Shown here: in pieces, positions 20,730 through 29,234 of the stretch
Numbering within the stretch: position 1 is the first letter of the stretch
Layout of the letters: each line of letters begins with the position of its first letter
Source: a bacterium
Lineage (GTDB): Bacteria; UBA8248
Direction: 5' to 3'
NCBI GenBank assembly: GCA_965202625.1
Contig: CBDBBI010000010.1
Location: 1 to 64,000 of the forward strand
Length of the DNA stretch: 64,000 nucleotides
Position numbers and translations under genes: made by a program
The notes under the pieces: generated by a model
What the model saw: the letters and a program-made list of their open reading frames with translations, nothing else
Told to the model about the DNA's origin: nothing
Databases searched by the model: none

Positions 20730-21878
20730 ATGGGTGACGTGCATTCAATGTTTGAGCTGGAGCAAGAAACGCCATGTAGCGCGAGAATCGCAGTCATCGG
20801 CGTAGGCGGCGGCGGCGGAAACGCCGTGGACACTATGATTGCGGCGGGTATGGAGAGCGTCCAGTTCGCGGCCGCCAACACGGACGCCCAGGTCTTGGAG
20901 CGCTCGCTAGCGCCTGAGAAAATTTACCTCGGTCGAGAGTTGACGAACGGACTGGGGGCCGGAGGAAATCCGGAGATTGGCCGAAAGGCTGCCTTGGAGG
21001 ACGCTGAGAGCCTGTCTCAATTCTTGAACGAGCTGGAGATGGTGTTCGTCACCGCCGGCATGGGGGGGGGCACGGGAACGGGCGCCGCCCCTGTCATCGC
21101 ACGTATGGCGAAAGAAGCAGGGGTGTTGACGGTGGGCGTCGTCACCAAGCCGTTCGAGTTTGAGGGGCCGCGCCGGATGAATCAGGCCAACGAGGGGATC
21201 GAAGAGTTGCGCGAGGGTGTGAACACGCTCATCACCATCCCCAACCAGCGGCTTTTGGGAATGGTCGAGCACTCAACGCCGATGACAGAGGCTTTCAAGA
21301 AGGCGAACAGCGTTTTGTTACAGGCGTGCAAGGGGATTGCCGACCTCATCACCACGCCTGGACTGATCAACCTCGACTTCGCCGACGTGCGCGCCATCAT
21401 GCGGGATATGGGGGGCAAGGCGCTCATGGGCAGCGGCATCGGCCAAGGCGAGAATCGCGCCGTCATCGCCGCGCAAAACGCCGTTAACAGCCCACTGCTT
21501 GAGGAGGGGACTATCGAAGGCTCCCGAGGCGTTCTCATCAACATCACGGGCGGCCCGGAGCTTTCCCTTGTCGAGGTGAACGAGGCCTGCAAGCTCGTTC
21601 ATGAAAAAGCGCATCCTGAAGCCAACATCATTTTTGGATCTGTGATTGACCCAGGGCTGAGTGGGGAGATTCGCGTGACCGTAATCGCCACGGGCTTCGG
21701 ACGGGAATCGATTCGGGAGGTTCCCCAATTGCCGTCAGAAGCCACGGGCACAGAAGGCAAAAAACTCTCGATGCCGGCTTATATGCGCTTGAAAGGCGAC
21801 AAGGGCAAATCTCCCACTGAATATGAATTGGAAGAAGACATAGATGTGCCGACTTTTCTGCGCAAGCAAGTCGATTAA
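20730..21878 (+). CDS. ftsZ: Cell division protein FtsZ
   Basis: GVGGGGGNAV, NTDAQ, GMGGGTGTG, NLDFADV, C-terminal DVPTFLRKQ. Confidence 0.99.
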   Translation: MGDVHSMFELEQETPCSARIAVIGVGGGGGNAVDTMIAAGMESVQFAAANTDAQVLERSLAPEKIYLGRELTNGLGAGGNPEIGRKAALEDAESLSQFLNELEMVFVTAGMGGGTGTGAAPVIARMAKEAGVLTVGVVTKPFEFEGPRRMNQANEGIEELREGVNTLITIPNQRLLGMVEHSTPMTEAFKKANSVLLQACKGIADLITTPGLINLDFADVRAIMRDMGGKALMGSGIGQGENRAVIAAQNAVNSPLLEEGTIEGSRGVLINITGGPELSLVEVNEACKLVHEKAHPEANIIFGSVIDPGLSGEIRVTVIATGFGRESIREVPQLPSEATGTEGKKLSMPAYMRLKGDKGKSPTEYELEEDIDVPTFLRKQVD

Positions 21879-22432
21879 CCCCCGCAGCGTCGTTTGGCCG
21901 AGAGTACCTCTCTCATGCTTGACTACGCATTCCCCTTCATCACAACTGGGGGAGGATGAAACCTCCCCTAGTCCCTGCCATCTCTACTAAAAGGTCTTGC
22001 TCGCAGATGGATTTTATATCTCGGCTTTAGGGGTTGTATTTGTTTGCAAGGTTGATGTTGGAAGACGTTTCTGGCCTCCTCCATCGCAGGGTGCGCCCGC
22101 GTGTTTGCCCTGATGTGTGATTTCCGACCTTTGCGGGAATGAGATGGCGGGCTTTCCGCGCGTGCTTGGCCCTCCTCGCGCCAAGCACGGCTATTCCGAG
22201 CTGGCTGGCGGACTGTATGATGCGGCTATGCGATTTATGATTTATGAAGATTGGCTTCCCTGAAGGGCTTCGGCCTGTCTCTTTCCCTGGGTGCGAACGC
22301 GCGGGCCCATTTCCCCCTCTCCTCCTAATGGTGTTTTCTTGTGGCGTCGCCCACCTCTCTTTATAATGCTAGTCACGTAATGGTTTGATTCAGGCGTTTC
22401 CATGATTTCTCGCTCGCCAGGATGGGTTGCGG

Positions 22433-23230
22433 ATGGGTTCTTTGAAGGGTCATGAATCTGGCGGCGTCGAATTCTTGAGGTCTCCTTTGTTGGAAAAGGC
22501 GGGGTTTTCGCGTCACGGATTCAGCACCCGAAGGGGAGGAGTGAGCGGGGAGCCTTTCTTTTCGCTGAATTTAGGGCGTGCAAGAGGCGAAGCCCCCCAG
22601 AACGTGGACGAAAACAGAAGACGTTTCTTTGAGGCCGCTGCGTTGCCGCCGGGACGTTTGGTGGAAATACGACAGGTGCACGGGAGTGCTGTTCTCGCGG
22701 CCGAGGATATTCCCCTTGGTGCACAGGCGCGCGGCGATGCCTTGATCACGAACGATGCGCGCCTGGGCGTAGCTGTCCAGACCGCGGATTGCGTGCCCGT
22801 CCTCATCGCCGACGCCCGTAGAATGGCCATCGCCGCCGTTCACGCGGGGCGCAAGGGAGTGGCCGACGGCGTCTTGCTAAAGACTATCGAGCGAATGAAG
22901 GAGAGATACGGCTGCGATCCTCATGATGTATGGGCCGCTCTTGGCCCCGCCATCTCGGGGTGTCGCTATGAGGTGGACGAAGAGTGCTTACGGCCGTTTC
23001 GCGCGCGTTATCGAAATTGGAGAGATTTCAGCGCGCCCCTGGGGCGAGGGAAATGGCTGCTGAATCTTCCCAGTGCGGCGCGGCGTCAATTGATGTTTGC
23101 GGGGGTTCCTGACAACCAGATTGGCGCGCCGGGGCCTTGCACGTTTTCTGATGCATCGCGGTTTTTCTCCTACCGACGTGACGGCCCGCCCACGGGGCGG
23201 TTGTTATCGGTAATGTGGGCGGCGTCATGA
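22433..23230 (+). CDS. pgeF: Peptidoglycan editing factor PgeF/YfiH
   Basis: HGFSTRRGGVS, LNLG, QVHG, TADCVPVL, HAG, GPAI, CT, FFSYRR. Confidence 0.93.
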   Translation: MGSLKGHESGGVEFLRSPLLEKAGFSRHGFSTRRGGVSGEPFFSLNLGRARGEAPQNVDENRRRFFEAAALPPGRLVEIRQVHGSAVLAAEDIPLGAQARGDALITNDARLGVAVQTADCVPVLIADARRMAIAAVHAGRKGVADGVLLKTIERMKERYGCDPHDVWAALGPAISGCRYEVDEECLRPFRARYRNWRDFSAPLGRGKWLLNLPSAARRQLMFAGVPDNQIGAPGPCTFSDASRFFSYRRDGPPTGRLLSVMWAAS

Positions 23231-23976
23231 GGAATACGGTGAACGCAATCCAGTACAGATATGAGATGGTGAAGCAGCGCGTAGCGGATGCCACCGTCTC
23301 CTCGGGCCGAAGTCTAGCCGAAGTTCGGCTTCTGGCCGTGAGCAAGACGCAGCCGCCCGAGAAGATCGTCGAAGCCATCAAGGGAGGCGTTGATATTCTG
23401 GGGGAGAACCGGGTGCAAGAAGCCCGGCGGAAAAGGAATGAGATGGACCCGGAAATCGCGAGCAGGGTGAGGTGGCACCTCATCGGCTCCTTACAAAGGA
23501 ACAAGGCGCGCGCCGTGCCTGGATTGTTTGAGGTGGTCGAGTCCCTTGATTCGCTCGCCCTCGCGCGGGAGTTGAACAAGCGTGTAGATGGATCGGGAAA
23601 CTGCCCGCTGGAGGTGTTTATCCAGGTGAACACGGGCGGGGAAACCCAAAAGGGTGGGGTTTTGCCGGAGGACGCGATGGCACTGGTGCACGAGGCGTCT
23701 CGACTCGAGTGCCTGAGGTTGGTCGGTTTGATGTGCATTCCTCCTTTAGGCCGCACAGCGCAGGAGAGCCGCCCGCATTTCGCGTTGCTCAGAAAACTGA
23801 GGGATGAGGCACAGGAGAGGGGGTTTCTCCACGTCAAGGAGTTGTCCATGGGGATGTCGAATGACTTTGAAGTGGCGATAGCCGAAGGGGCGACGATCGT
23901 TCGCATTGGAACCGCTATTTTTGGACCCAGGCGGACGCGTCTGGGCGGGTTTGAATTGCGCGAGGAATCTCAGTAG
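23227..23976 (+). CDS. yggS: PLP homeostasis protein (YggS/PROSC)
   Basis: AVSK, GENRVQE, WHLIGSLQRNK, QVNTG.E..KGG, GLMCIPP, LSMGMSNDF, VRIGTAIFG. Confidence 0.96.
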   Translation: MRNTVNAIQYRYEMVKQRVADATVSSGRSLAEVRLLAVSKTQPPEKIVEAIKGGVDILGENRVQEARRKRNEMDPEIASRVRWHLIGSLQRNKARAVPGLFEVVESLDSLALARELNKRVDGSGNCPLEVFIQVNTGGETQKGGVLPEDAMALVHEASRLECLRLVGLMCIPPLGRTAQESRPHFALLRKLRDEAQERGFLHVKELSMGMSNDFEVAIAEGATIVRIGTAIFGPRRTRLGGFELREESQ

Positions 23977-24036
23977 GGTGGATTCGATTTGGCGTCCGAC
24001 TTGACTTCGGGCGTGGGCGTGGAAGGGGTTTGAGAA

Positions 24037-24843
24037 ATGGCGGACATCCTCGTAGTCGGCGGTGGGAACATGGGCGAGGCGCTCGTTCGGGGCATGGTGA
24101 ATTCCGCTTATGCGAGCGTCGGCGGCATCACTATCGCGGAACCGCTGGCTGATCGCGCCAGATATCTCCGTGAAACTTCGGGTTTTCATGTGATACCCGA
24201 TGCGGCGGAGGCGGCCTCGGAGGCGGGGAAGGTAGTCATCGCCGTGAAACCACAGGTTTTAAGAGGAGTTCTGGACGGGCTAAAAGACGCCCTGACGCAC
24301 CGCCCGCTTTTGATTTCTATCGTCGCAGGTGCGTCCACGAGTCGTTTTGTCGAGATTTTGGGTGGTGAGGTGCGCATTGTCCGCGTCATGCCGAACACTC
24401 CCGCCCTCGTGGGGGAGGGCGTTGCGGGACTGTGCGCGAGCGGAGGCGCGTCGGAGTCGGATTTGTCCCAGGCCAAGAGGCTTTTGGAGTCTGTGGGCCG
24501 GGCGGTAGTTTTGCCTGAATCGTTGATGGACGCCGTGACGGGTTTGTCGGGCAGCGGCCCCGCCTATGTTTTTCAGTTTGTCGAGGCGTTGGCGGACGGA
24601 GGAGTGAGGGCGGGACTGCCGCGTGAGGAGGCGATGCTTCTGGCGACCCAGACCGTTTTGGGGTCCGCCAAAATGTTACTTGAGACGGGGGAGCACCCCG
24701 GCCGCCTGAAAGATATGGTTGCTTCGCCCGGAGGAACGACTATCGCCGGTCTGCACGCGCTGGAAACCGGGGGGCTACGCGCCGCCGTCATAAACGCGGT
24801 GCATGCCGCCGCGCGCAGGAGCGAGGAGCTGGGCGATGGCTGA
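24037..24843 (+). CDS. proC: Pyrroline-5-carboxylate reductase
   Basis: GGGNMG, AVKPQ, RVMPNTP, GLSGSGPAY, VASPGGTT. Confidence 0.97.
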   Translation: MADILVVGGGNMGEALVRGMVNSAYASVGGITIAEPLADRARYLRETSGFHVIPDAAEAASEAGKVVIAVKPQVLRGVLDGLKDALTHRPLLISIVAGASTSRFVEILGGEVRIVRVMPNTPALVGEGVAGLCASGGASESDLSQAKRLLESVGRAVVLPESLMDAVTGLSGSGPAYVFQFVEALADGGVRAGLPREEAMLLATQTVLGSAKMLLETGEHPGRLKDMVASPGGTTIAGLHALETGGLRAAVINAVHAAARRSEELGDG

Positions 24844-24870
24844 CTCATTCTTTAGAACCGGAGATTCCCC

Positions 24871-25167
24871 GTGTTTTTGATAGCGAATTTCATGCACGCG
24901 GTTGCCGTCATTCTCGGCTATGTGTTCACGATCTATATTTGGGTCATCATCATCCGAGCGCTTTTGTCATGGGTGAGTCCAGACCCTTACAATCCGATAG
25001 TTCAGGTATTGTATCGTTTGACGGAGCCGGTGCTGGAGCCCGTTCGGCGCCGGTTGCCGAACCCTATGGGCGTCGATCTAAGTCCGATCGTCGTAGTGTT
25101 GATCGTATTCTTTTTGCAAAACTTCCTGGTTCAAAGTATTTTCGATTTGGCTAGAATGTTGCGCTGA
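24871..25167 (+). CDS. yggT: YggT family membrane protein
   Basis: RALLSWVSPDPYNPIV...TEPVLEPVRR...GVDLSP. Confidence 0.93.
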   Translation: MFLIANFMHAVAVILGYVFTIYIWVIIIRALLSWVSPDPYNPIVQVLYRLTEPVLEPVRRRLPNPMGVDLSPIVVVLIVFFLQNFLVQSIFDLARMLR

Positions 25168-25189
25168 TTTTCACCCGGGGAGCGAGTCG

Positions 25190-25744
25190 ATGAAATTCAC
25201 TGGCGAGGATGTTCGAGGCCGAGAATTCAAAGTCAAAATGAGGGGCTATAATCGGCTCGAAGTGGATGCGTTTTTATTCGCGCTCGCTGATTGGGTGGAT
25301 CAGCTGAGTCGCAGGAACGAACAACTGGCCACACAGTGTAAGGATATGTCTGGGCAATATCAGCAGTTGAAAGAAGAGTATGGCGGTATGAAGAAAATCC
25401 TCGCCTCCGTGAACGAGATTCGAGAAGAGGCGGGGGCCAAAGCGGAGGCGATCGTCCGAGATGCGGAAGCCGACTCCGAACGGATACGCAGCGAGGCCGA
25501 ATCTCAGGCGCGCGAGGTGCGCGTTGAGGCCGAAAGGGAATCCGAGCGCTTGCGCGATGAAGTGTCGAGCCTAAGGGAATTGAGGAATAATTTTCTACTC
25601 GAGCTCTCCCAGATGTTTCGTTCCCAAATTCGAATACTGGAGGCGGAAAGTAGCCGCATGGGGGTGGATCTCGCCAACCTTCTTGGCGAGGAAAGCGGGA
25701 ACGTCATCAAATTGAATCAAAAAGCAGAGGGCGATGGGGCGTGA
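25190..25744 (+). CDS. DivIVA-domain coiled-coil protein
   Basis: N-terminal REFKVKMRGYNRLEVDAFL (DivIVA motif) followed by a long coiled coil. Confidence 0.9.
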   Translation: MKFTGEDVRGREFKVKMRGYNRLEVDAFLFALADWVDQLSRRNEQLATQCKDMSGQYQQLKEEYGGMKKILASVNEIREEAGAKAEAIVRDAEADSERIRSEAESQAREVRVEAERESERLRDEVSSLRELRNNFLLELSQMFRSQIRILEAESSRMGVDLANLLGEESGNVIKLNQKAEGDGA

Positions 25745-26000
25745 TCACCTTCCGCCAAGAGGCGGACGGCGTCAGCTTTCAAGTGCGGGTACTCCCTCGG
25801 TCGTCCAGAATCCAAATCAGTGGAAGCCACGATGGCGCCTTGCGGGTGCGACTGACGGCGCCGCCCTGCTCTCCCGAAAGATGAAGGTTCCAAGGTGCTC
25901 CATACGAATTACGTCGGGTCTGGGTGCGTGCAGGAAGCGCGTCAAAATCATAGGCGTGGACGCTCAGGACGTGGAAAATATCTTGGGCGCCATGGAGTAG
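25741..26000 (+). pseudogene. yggU: DUF167/YggU protein disrupted by an internal deletion and frameshift
   Basis: From GTG 25741: MITFRQEADGVSFQVRVLPRSSRIQISGSHDGALRVRLTAPP then a stop 5 codons later; the C-terminal half LLSRKMKVPRCSIRITSG....RKRVKI is in another frame; the conserved V-D/E-G-x-A-N segment is missing. Confidence 0.8.
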
Positions 26001-26043
26001 GGAATCATGCGCTTGTCAGAGGGCGCGCGCTTGAGAATATGGG

Positions 26044-27102
26044 ATGAGCGGAAAAAAAGAGATTGAGGGAAATTTTCATACCGTCTCGTTTCTGGACGAC
26101 GCGGTCGCATTTATCGATCAGAGAAAACTTCCTCAAGAAGAGACGTATGTCGAGTGTCGCACGGAGGATGAAGTGGCCGAGGCCATCTCCAGCATGGTGG
26201 TGCGCGGCGCGCCCGCCATCGGGGTGGCGGCGGGCTACGGCATGGCGCTGGCGGCTGCACGTCTCGCGCGTTTGGGTGCCGACGCGCAGCGCCAGGGACT
26301 TGAGCGGGCGGCGCGCGTGTTGGGTGCGGCACGCCCCACGGCGGTGAATCTGTTTTGGGCGATTGAAAAAATGAGCGCGCGCGCTCTAGAGAGTAGCCAT
26401 TCTCCGGAGACGTTGGCTGAAGCTCTCCTCGCGCTGGCGAAGGAGATCCATGAGGAGGACGTGCGGATTTGCCGAAAAATAGGCGACCTAGGCGCAGCGT
26501 TGTTGCCGGAGCGGACCAGCCTCCTCACCCATTGTAACGCGGGCGCGCTGGCGACCGCCGGTTATGGCACGGCGGGCGGCGTGATTCGTAGCGGATTCAG
26601 GGACGGTAAGGTGCGGGAGGTTTTTGTAGATGAGACCAGGCCTTTTCTTCAGGGCGCGCGCCTCACGGCGTGGGAGTTGAGCCGGGACGGCATTCCCGTC
26701 GTTCTCATCACCGACGGCATGGCCGCGCATTGCATGCGTCTTGGCAAAGTCCGCGCTGTTCTCGTAGGGGCCGATCGCGTGGCTTCCAACGGGGATGTCG
26801 CCAATAAAATCGGCACGTATGGCCTCGCGGTTCTCGCCAGAGAGCATGGGCTGCCCTTTTACGTGGCGGCGCCCATGAGCACCATCGACGTGAACGCGAG
26901 GGGAGGCGCGGACATTCCTATAGAAGAGCGTCCGGAGGAGGAAGTGCGCTCGTTTGGCGGCAAATCTATCGCCCCAGCGGATGTGCGCGTCTTCAACCCT
27001 GCGTTCGATGTGACGCCCGCGCGTTTCGTGGACGCCCTGGTGACGGAAAAGGGGGTGGTCCGCCTCGCGGAAGGAGAGCCCCTCGCCTCGGTGATTGACT
27101 AG
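26044..27102 (+). CDS. mtnA: S-methyl-5-thioribose-1-phosphate isomerase
   Basis: DQRKLP, VRGAPAIG, RPTAVNL, THCNAGALAT.GYGTA, ETRPFLQGARLTAWEL, NKIGTY, NPAFDVTP. Confidence 0.96.
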   Translation: MSGKKEIEGNFHTVSFLDDAVAFIDQRKLPQEETYVECRTEDEVAEAISSMVVRGAPAIGVAAGYGMALAAARLARLGADAQRQGLERAARVLGAARPTAVNLFWAIEKMSARALESSHSPETLAEALLALAKEIHEEDVRICRKIGDLGAALLPERTSLLTHCNAGALATAGYGTAGGVIRSGFRDGKVREVFVDETRPFLQGARLTAWELSRDGIPVVLITDGMAAHCMRLGKVRAVLVGADRVASNGDVANKIGTYGLAVLAREHGLPFYVAAPMSTIDVNARGGADIPIEERPEEEVRSFGGKSIAPADVRVFNPAFDVTPARFVDALVTEKGVVRLAEGEPLASVID

Positions 27103-27169
27103 GCGGCTTCGGGTCCGATGTCTGATTTTCCCTAGGTTTCGGGTGGAATGCGAATGAGAGCGTTCCGTG

Positions 27170-27199
27170 TTGACTTAAAGCCTGGATGCGGGCTATAAA
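27170..27199 (+). promoter_or_regulatory. Probable tRNA promoter
   Basis: TTGACT (27170-27175), 18-bp spacer, TATAAA (27194-27199), about 40 bp upstream of the tRNA. Confidence 0.55.
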
Positions 27200-27240
27200 C
27201 GCTCGCTCATTGAGCGTTTTTTCAAAGAGGTCCTTATAGC

Positions 27241-27317
27241 GGGGCTGTAGCGAAGCTGGTTATCGCGCTGGCCTGTCAAGCCAGAGATCGCGGGTTCGAG
27301 TCCCGTCAGCCCCGCCA
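27241..27317 (+). tRNA. tRNA-Asp(GUC)
   Basis: Acceptor stem GGGGCTG/CAGCCCC, anticodon stem CTGGC/GCCAG with loop CT-GTC-AA, T arm GCGGG-TTCGAGT-CCCGT, discriminator G, encoded CCA. Confidence 0.97.
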
Positions 27318-27421
27318 CTTCTCTCCCCACGCGGAAACCTTCACTTCTCCTGATTTGTCCCGTGAGATAGGGTCGTTCAAATTTTTGACTTCGCTTCCGA
27401 ACAGGGCGGGCGTCTTGAAAT

Positions 27422-27449
27422 TTGATTTCAGAAGATTTTGTGGTATAGT
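27422..27449 (+). promoter_or_regulatory. Probable promoter of the solute-binding protein gene
   Basis: TTGATT (27422-27427) and extended -10 TGnTATAGT (27441-27449). Confidence 0.5.
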
Positions 27450-27579
27450 AAGCAAATAGAACATCAAACTTGCTTGTAGCCAGAAACGAATCTGGCTTAT
27501 CGAGAGTTGCCGGTTTACGGCTTCTTAACGGCTCCCTGGGCCGCAAGGGGGTCTTCATTCACACCAAGGAGGAATAAGC

Positions 27580-28572
27580 ATGAGAAGATTTGTTGGTTTC
27601 GCACTCTCTGCCGTGTTCGTAGCGGGTATGTTCGTGGTGGTTGCACCCGCTGATTCCGCGACGCTGCGCATCGGTGCGCATCGCGGTATGTGGGGTTCCT
27701 ATGAAGTTGTCGCTGATCGCATGGGTTACTGGAAAGAAGAGGGACTGAAATACGAGCTCGGGTACTTCAAGCAGGGAAAATTGATGCGCAACGCCATCAT
27801 CCAGAACAATCTGGATACCGGCACCACGGGTTTCTCGCCCTTCACCACGGCAATTTCCAAGGGTGCGCGCGTGACCGCCCTCGGCGTGACGGCCAACATC
27901 TGCGCCGCCGTCTCCATCGTCGTGCCCGTGAACTCCAAGGCGAAGAGCCTGAAAGATCTCAAAGGCTCGGTTTTCGCCAACAAGAAGGGCACGAGCACAG
28001 ACTTCTCGTTTCAGTCCTACGTTCTTCCCTCGTATGGTTTGAAGAGTTCGGATTTCCCTCTTCTGAGCGTTCGCGCCACCGAGCGTGTTGCCGCGCTCAT
28101 ATCCGGCTCCGCCCAAGCAGCCCTGATAGGCGAGCCGCAGGCGGAGATCGCTCGTGAGCAGGGGCTGATTCGTTATCTGGAGGATCTTTGCAAATACGAC
28201 AACACGAGCATGATGCACGTGGGGAACCCCCAGACGCTCAAGAAGCATCCCGACCTCTACCACAAATACTTTCGAGGCTGGCTAAAGGCGCATCGGTTGC
28301 TCAAAAACGATCCCGACACGTATGCCAAGGTCTATACCAAGGCTCTGAACGAAGTCGGCGACAAGGCCAAAGTGAGCACGACGCTCAAGGCGCTCAAAAA
28401 GCTGAAGACGGAGGTTTTTCTGACCGCCCGCGTGAAGAACTACTTGAACGACATGGGGGACAAGCAGATAAAGCTCGGCTGGATCAAGAGCCGTCCCGAC
28501 TTCACGAAGAGTCCGTTTCTGGATGACTCTATTCTGCGTCGCGCCGCCAAAGAGATTGGTTTCTTCAACTAG
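27580..28572 (+). CDS. ABC transporter substrate-binding protein, NitT/TauT/SsuA-like
   Basis: Sec signal peptide, GYWKEEGL, SLKDLKG, KGTSTD, AALISGSAQAA...EP; strong AAGGAGG RBS. Confidence 0.85.
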   Translation: MRRFVGFALSAVFVAGMFVVVAPADSATLRIGAHRGMWGSYEVVADRMGYWKEEGLKYELGYFKQGKLMRNAIIQNNLDTGTTGFSPFTTAISKGARVTALGVTANICAAVSIVVPVNSKAKSLKDLKGSVFANKKGTSTDFSFQSYVLPSYGLKSSDFPLLSVRATERVAALISGSAQAALIGEPQAEIAREQGLIRYLEDLCKYDNTSMMHVGNPQTLKKHPDLYHKYFRGWLKAHRLLKNDPDTYAKVYTKALNEVGDKAKVSTTLKALKKLKTEVFLTARVKNYLNDMGDKQIKLGWIKSRPDFTKSPFLDDSILRRAAKEIGFFN

Positions 28573-28603
28573 GCGGACAAACTAGGCGGAACGTCATGAA
28601 GAA

Positions 28604-28638
28604 GCCCCTGGAGGGGGTCTCCTCTCCGGGGGTTTTTT
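28604..28638 (+). terminator. Rho-independent terminator
   Basis: CCCCTGGAGGGG-loop-CCTCTCCGGGG hairpin followed by a T run. Confidence 0.8.
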
Positions 28639-29234
28639 CCATCCATAGGCACTTTTGGAGGGAAAATTCAGGTGTTTTTTGGGTATCTTTTGGATATCTG
28701 CAATCCGCTGATCCAAAGCGTGCCAAACACCCATCAGGAAAGGTCATAGATTTTTTCCTCTCGTGGATTTATCACCTCAAGTAACCCGTCTTTTTCCATC
28801 TTATATTTTTAATCGCTCACTACCCTCCTTCATGGCCTATACCACAGCCTGCCAGAATTGCTCCTTTTCCTCCGAGAAGCCTGCCATCCGTGCCGTGAGT
28901 TTCTACGCCGTCTGAGACACCCGGCCTCCGTCCATCACCTTTTGCGCGCGCGTGTTCCGCCGCTTCCACATCCCCCTAGTCGAATTCCGCGAGCGTCTCT
29001 TCGCACGGCAAAATCGACCGCCTCTCCCAGCGGAATATCGAGAATTTTAGAGTCAACCATCAGACGTCCGCCTTCTTGGCACGAAATTCGTCCAGAGACA
29101 CTCGGTTTTTCTTTAATCTTGGGTGTTTTGAGGAAGTTAGGATTAGAACTCGTCGCCCCCTCGCGGCGTGGACCCTCGGGGGCATGATTTCCTCCAAGCG
29201 GGCTCTTTAGAGTAGGAGAACGTGGTCTTGCGCT

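Noticed and set aside
27300-27600. tRNA-Asp as a genomic island attachment site
   Set aside because: No integrase and no repeat of the tRNA 3' end noticed; housekeeping genes (queA, HU/IHF) follow
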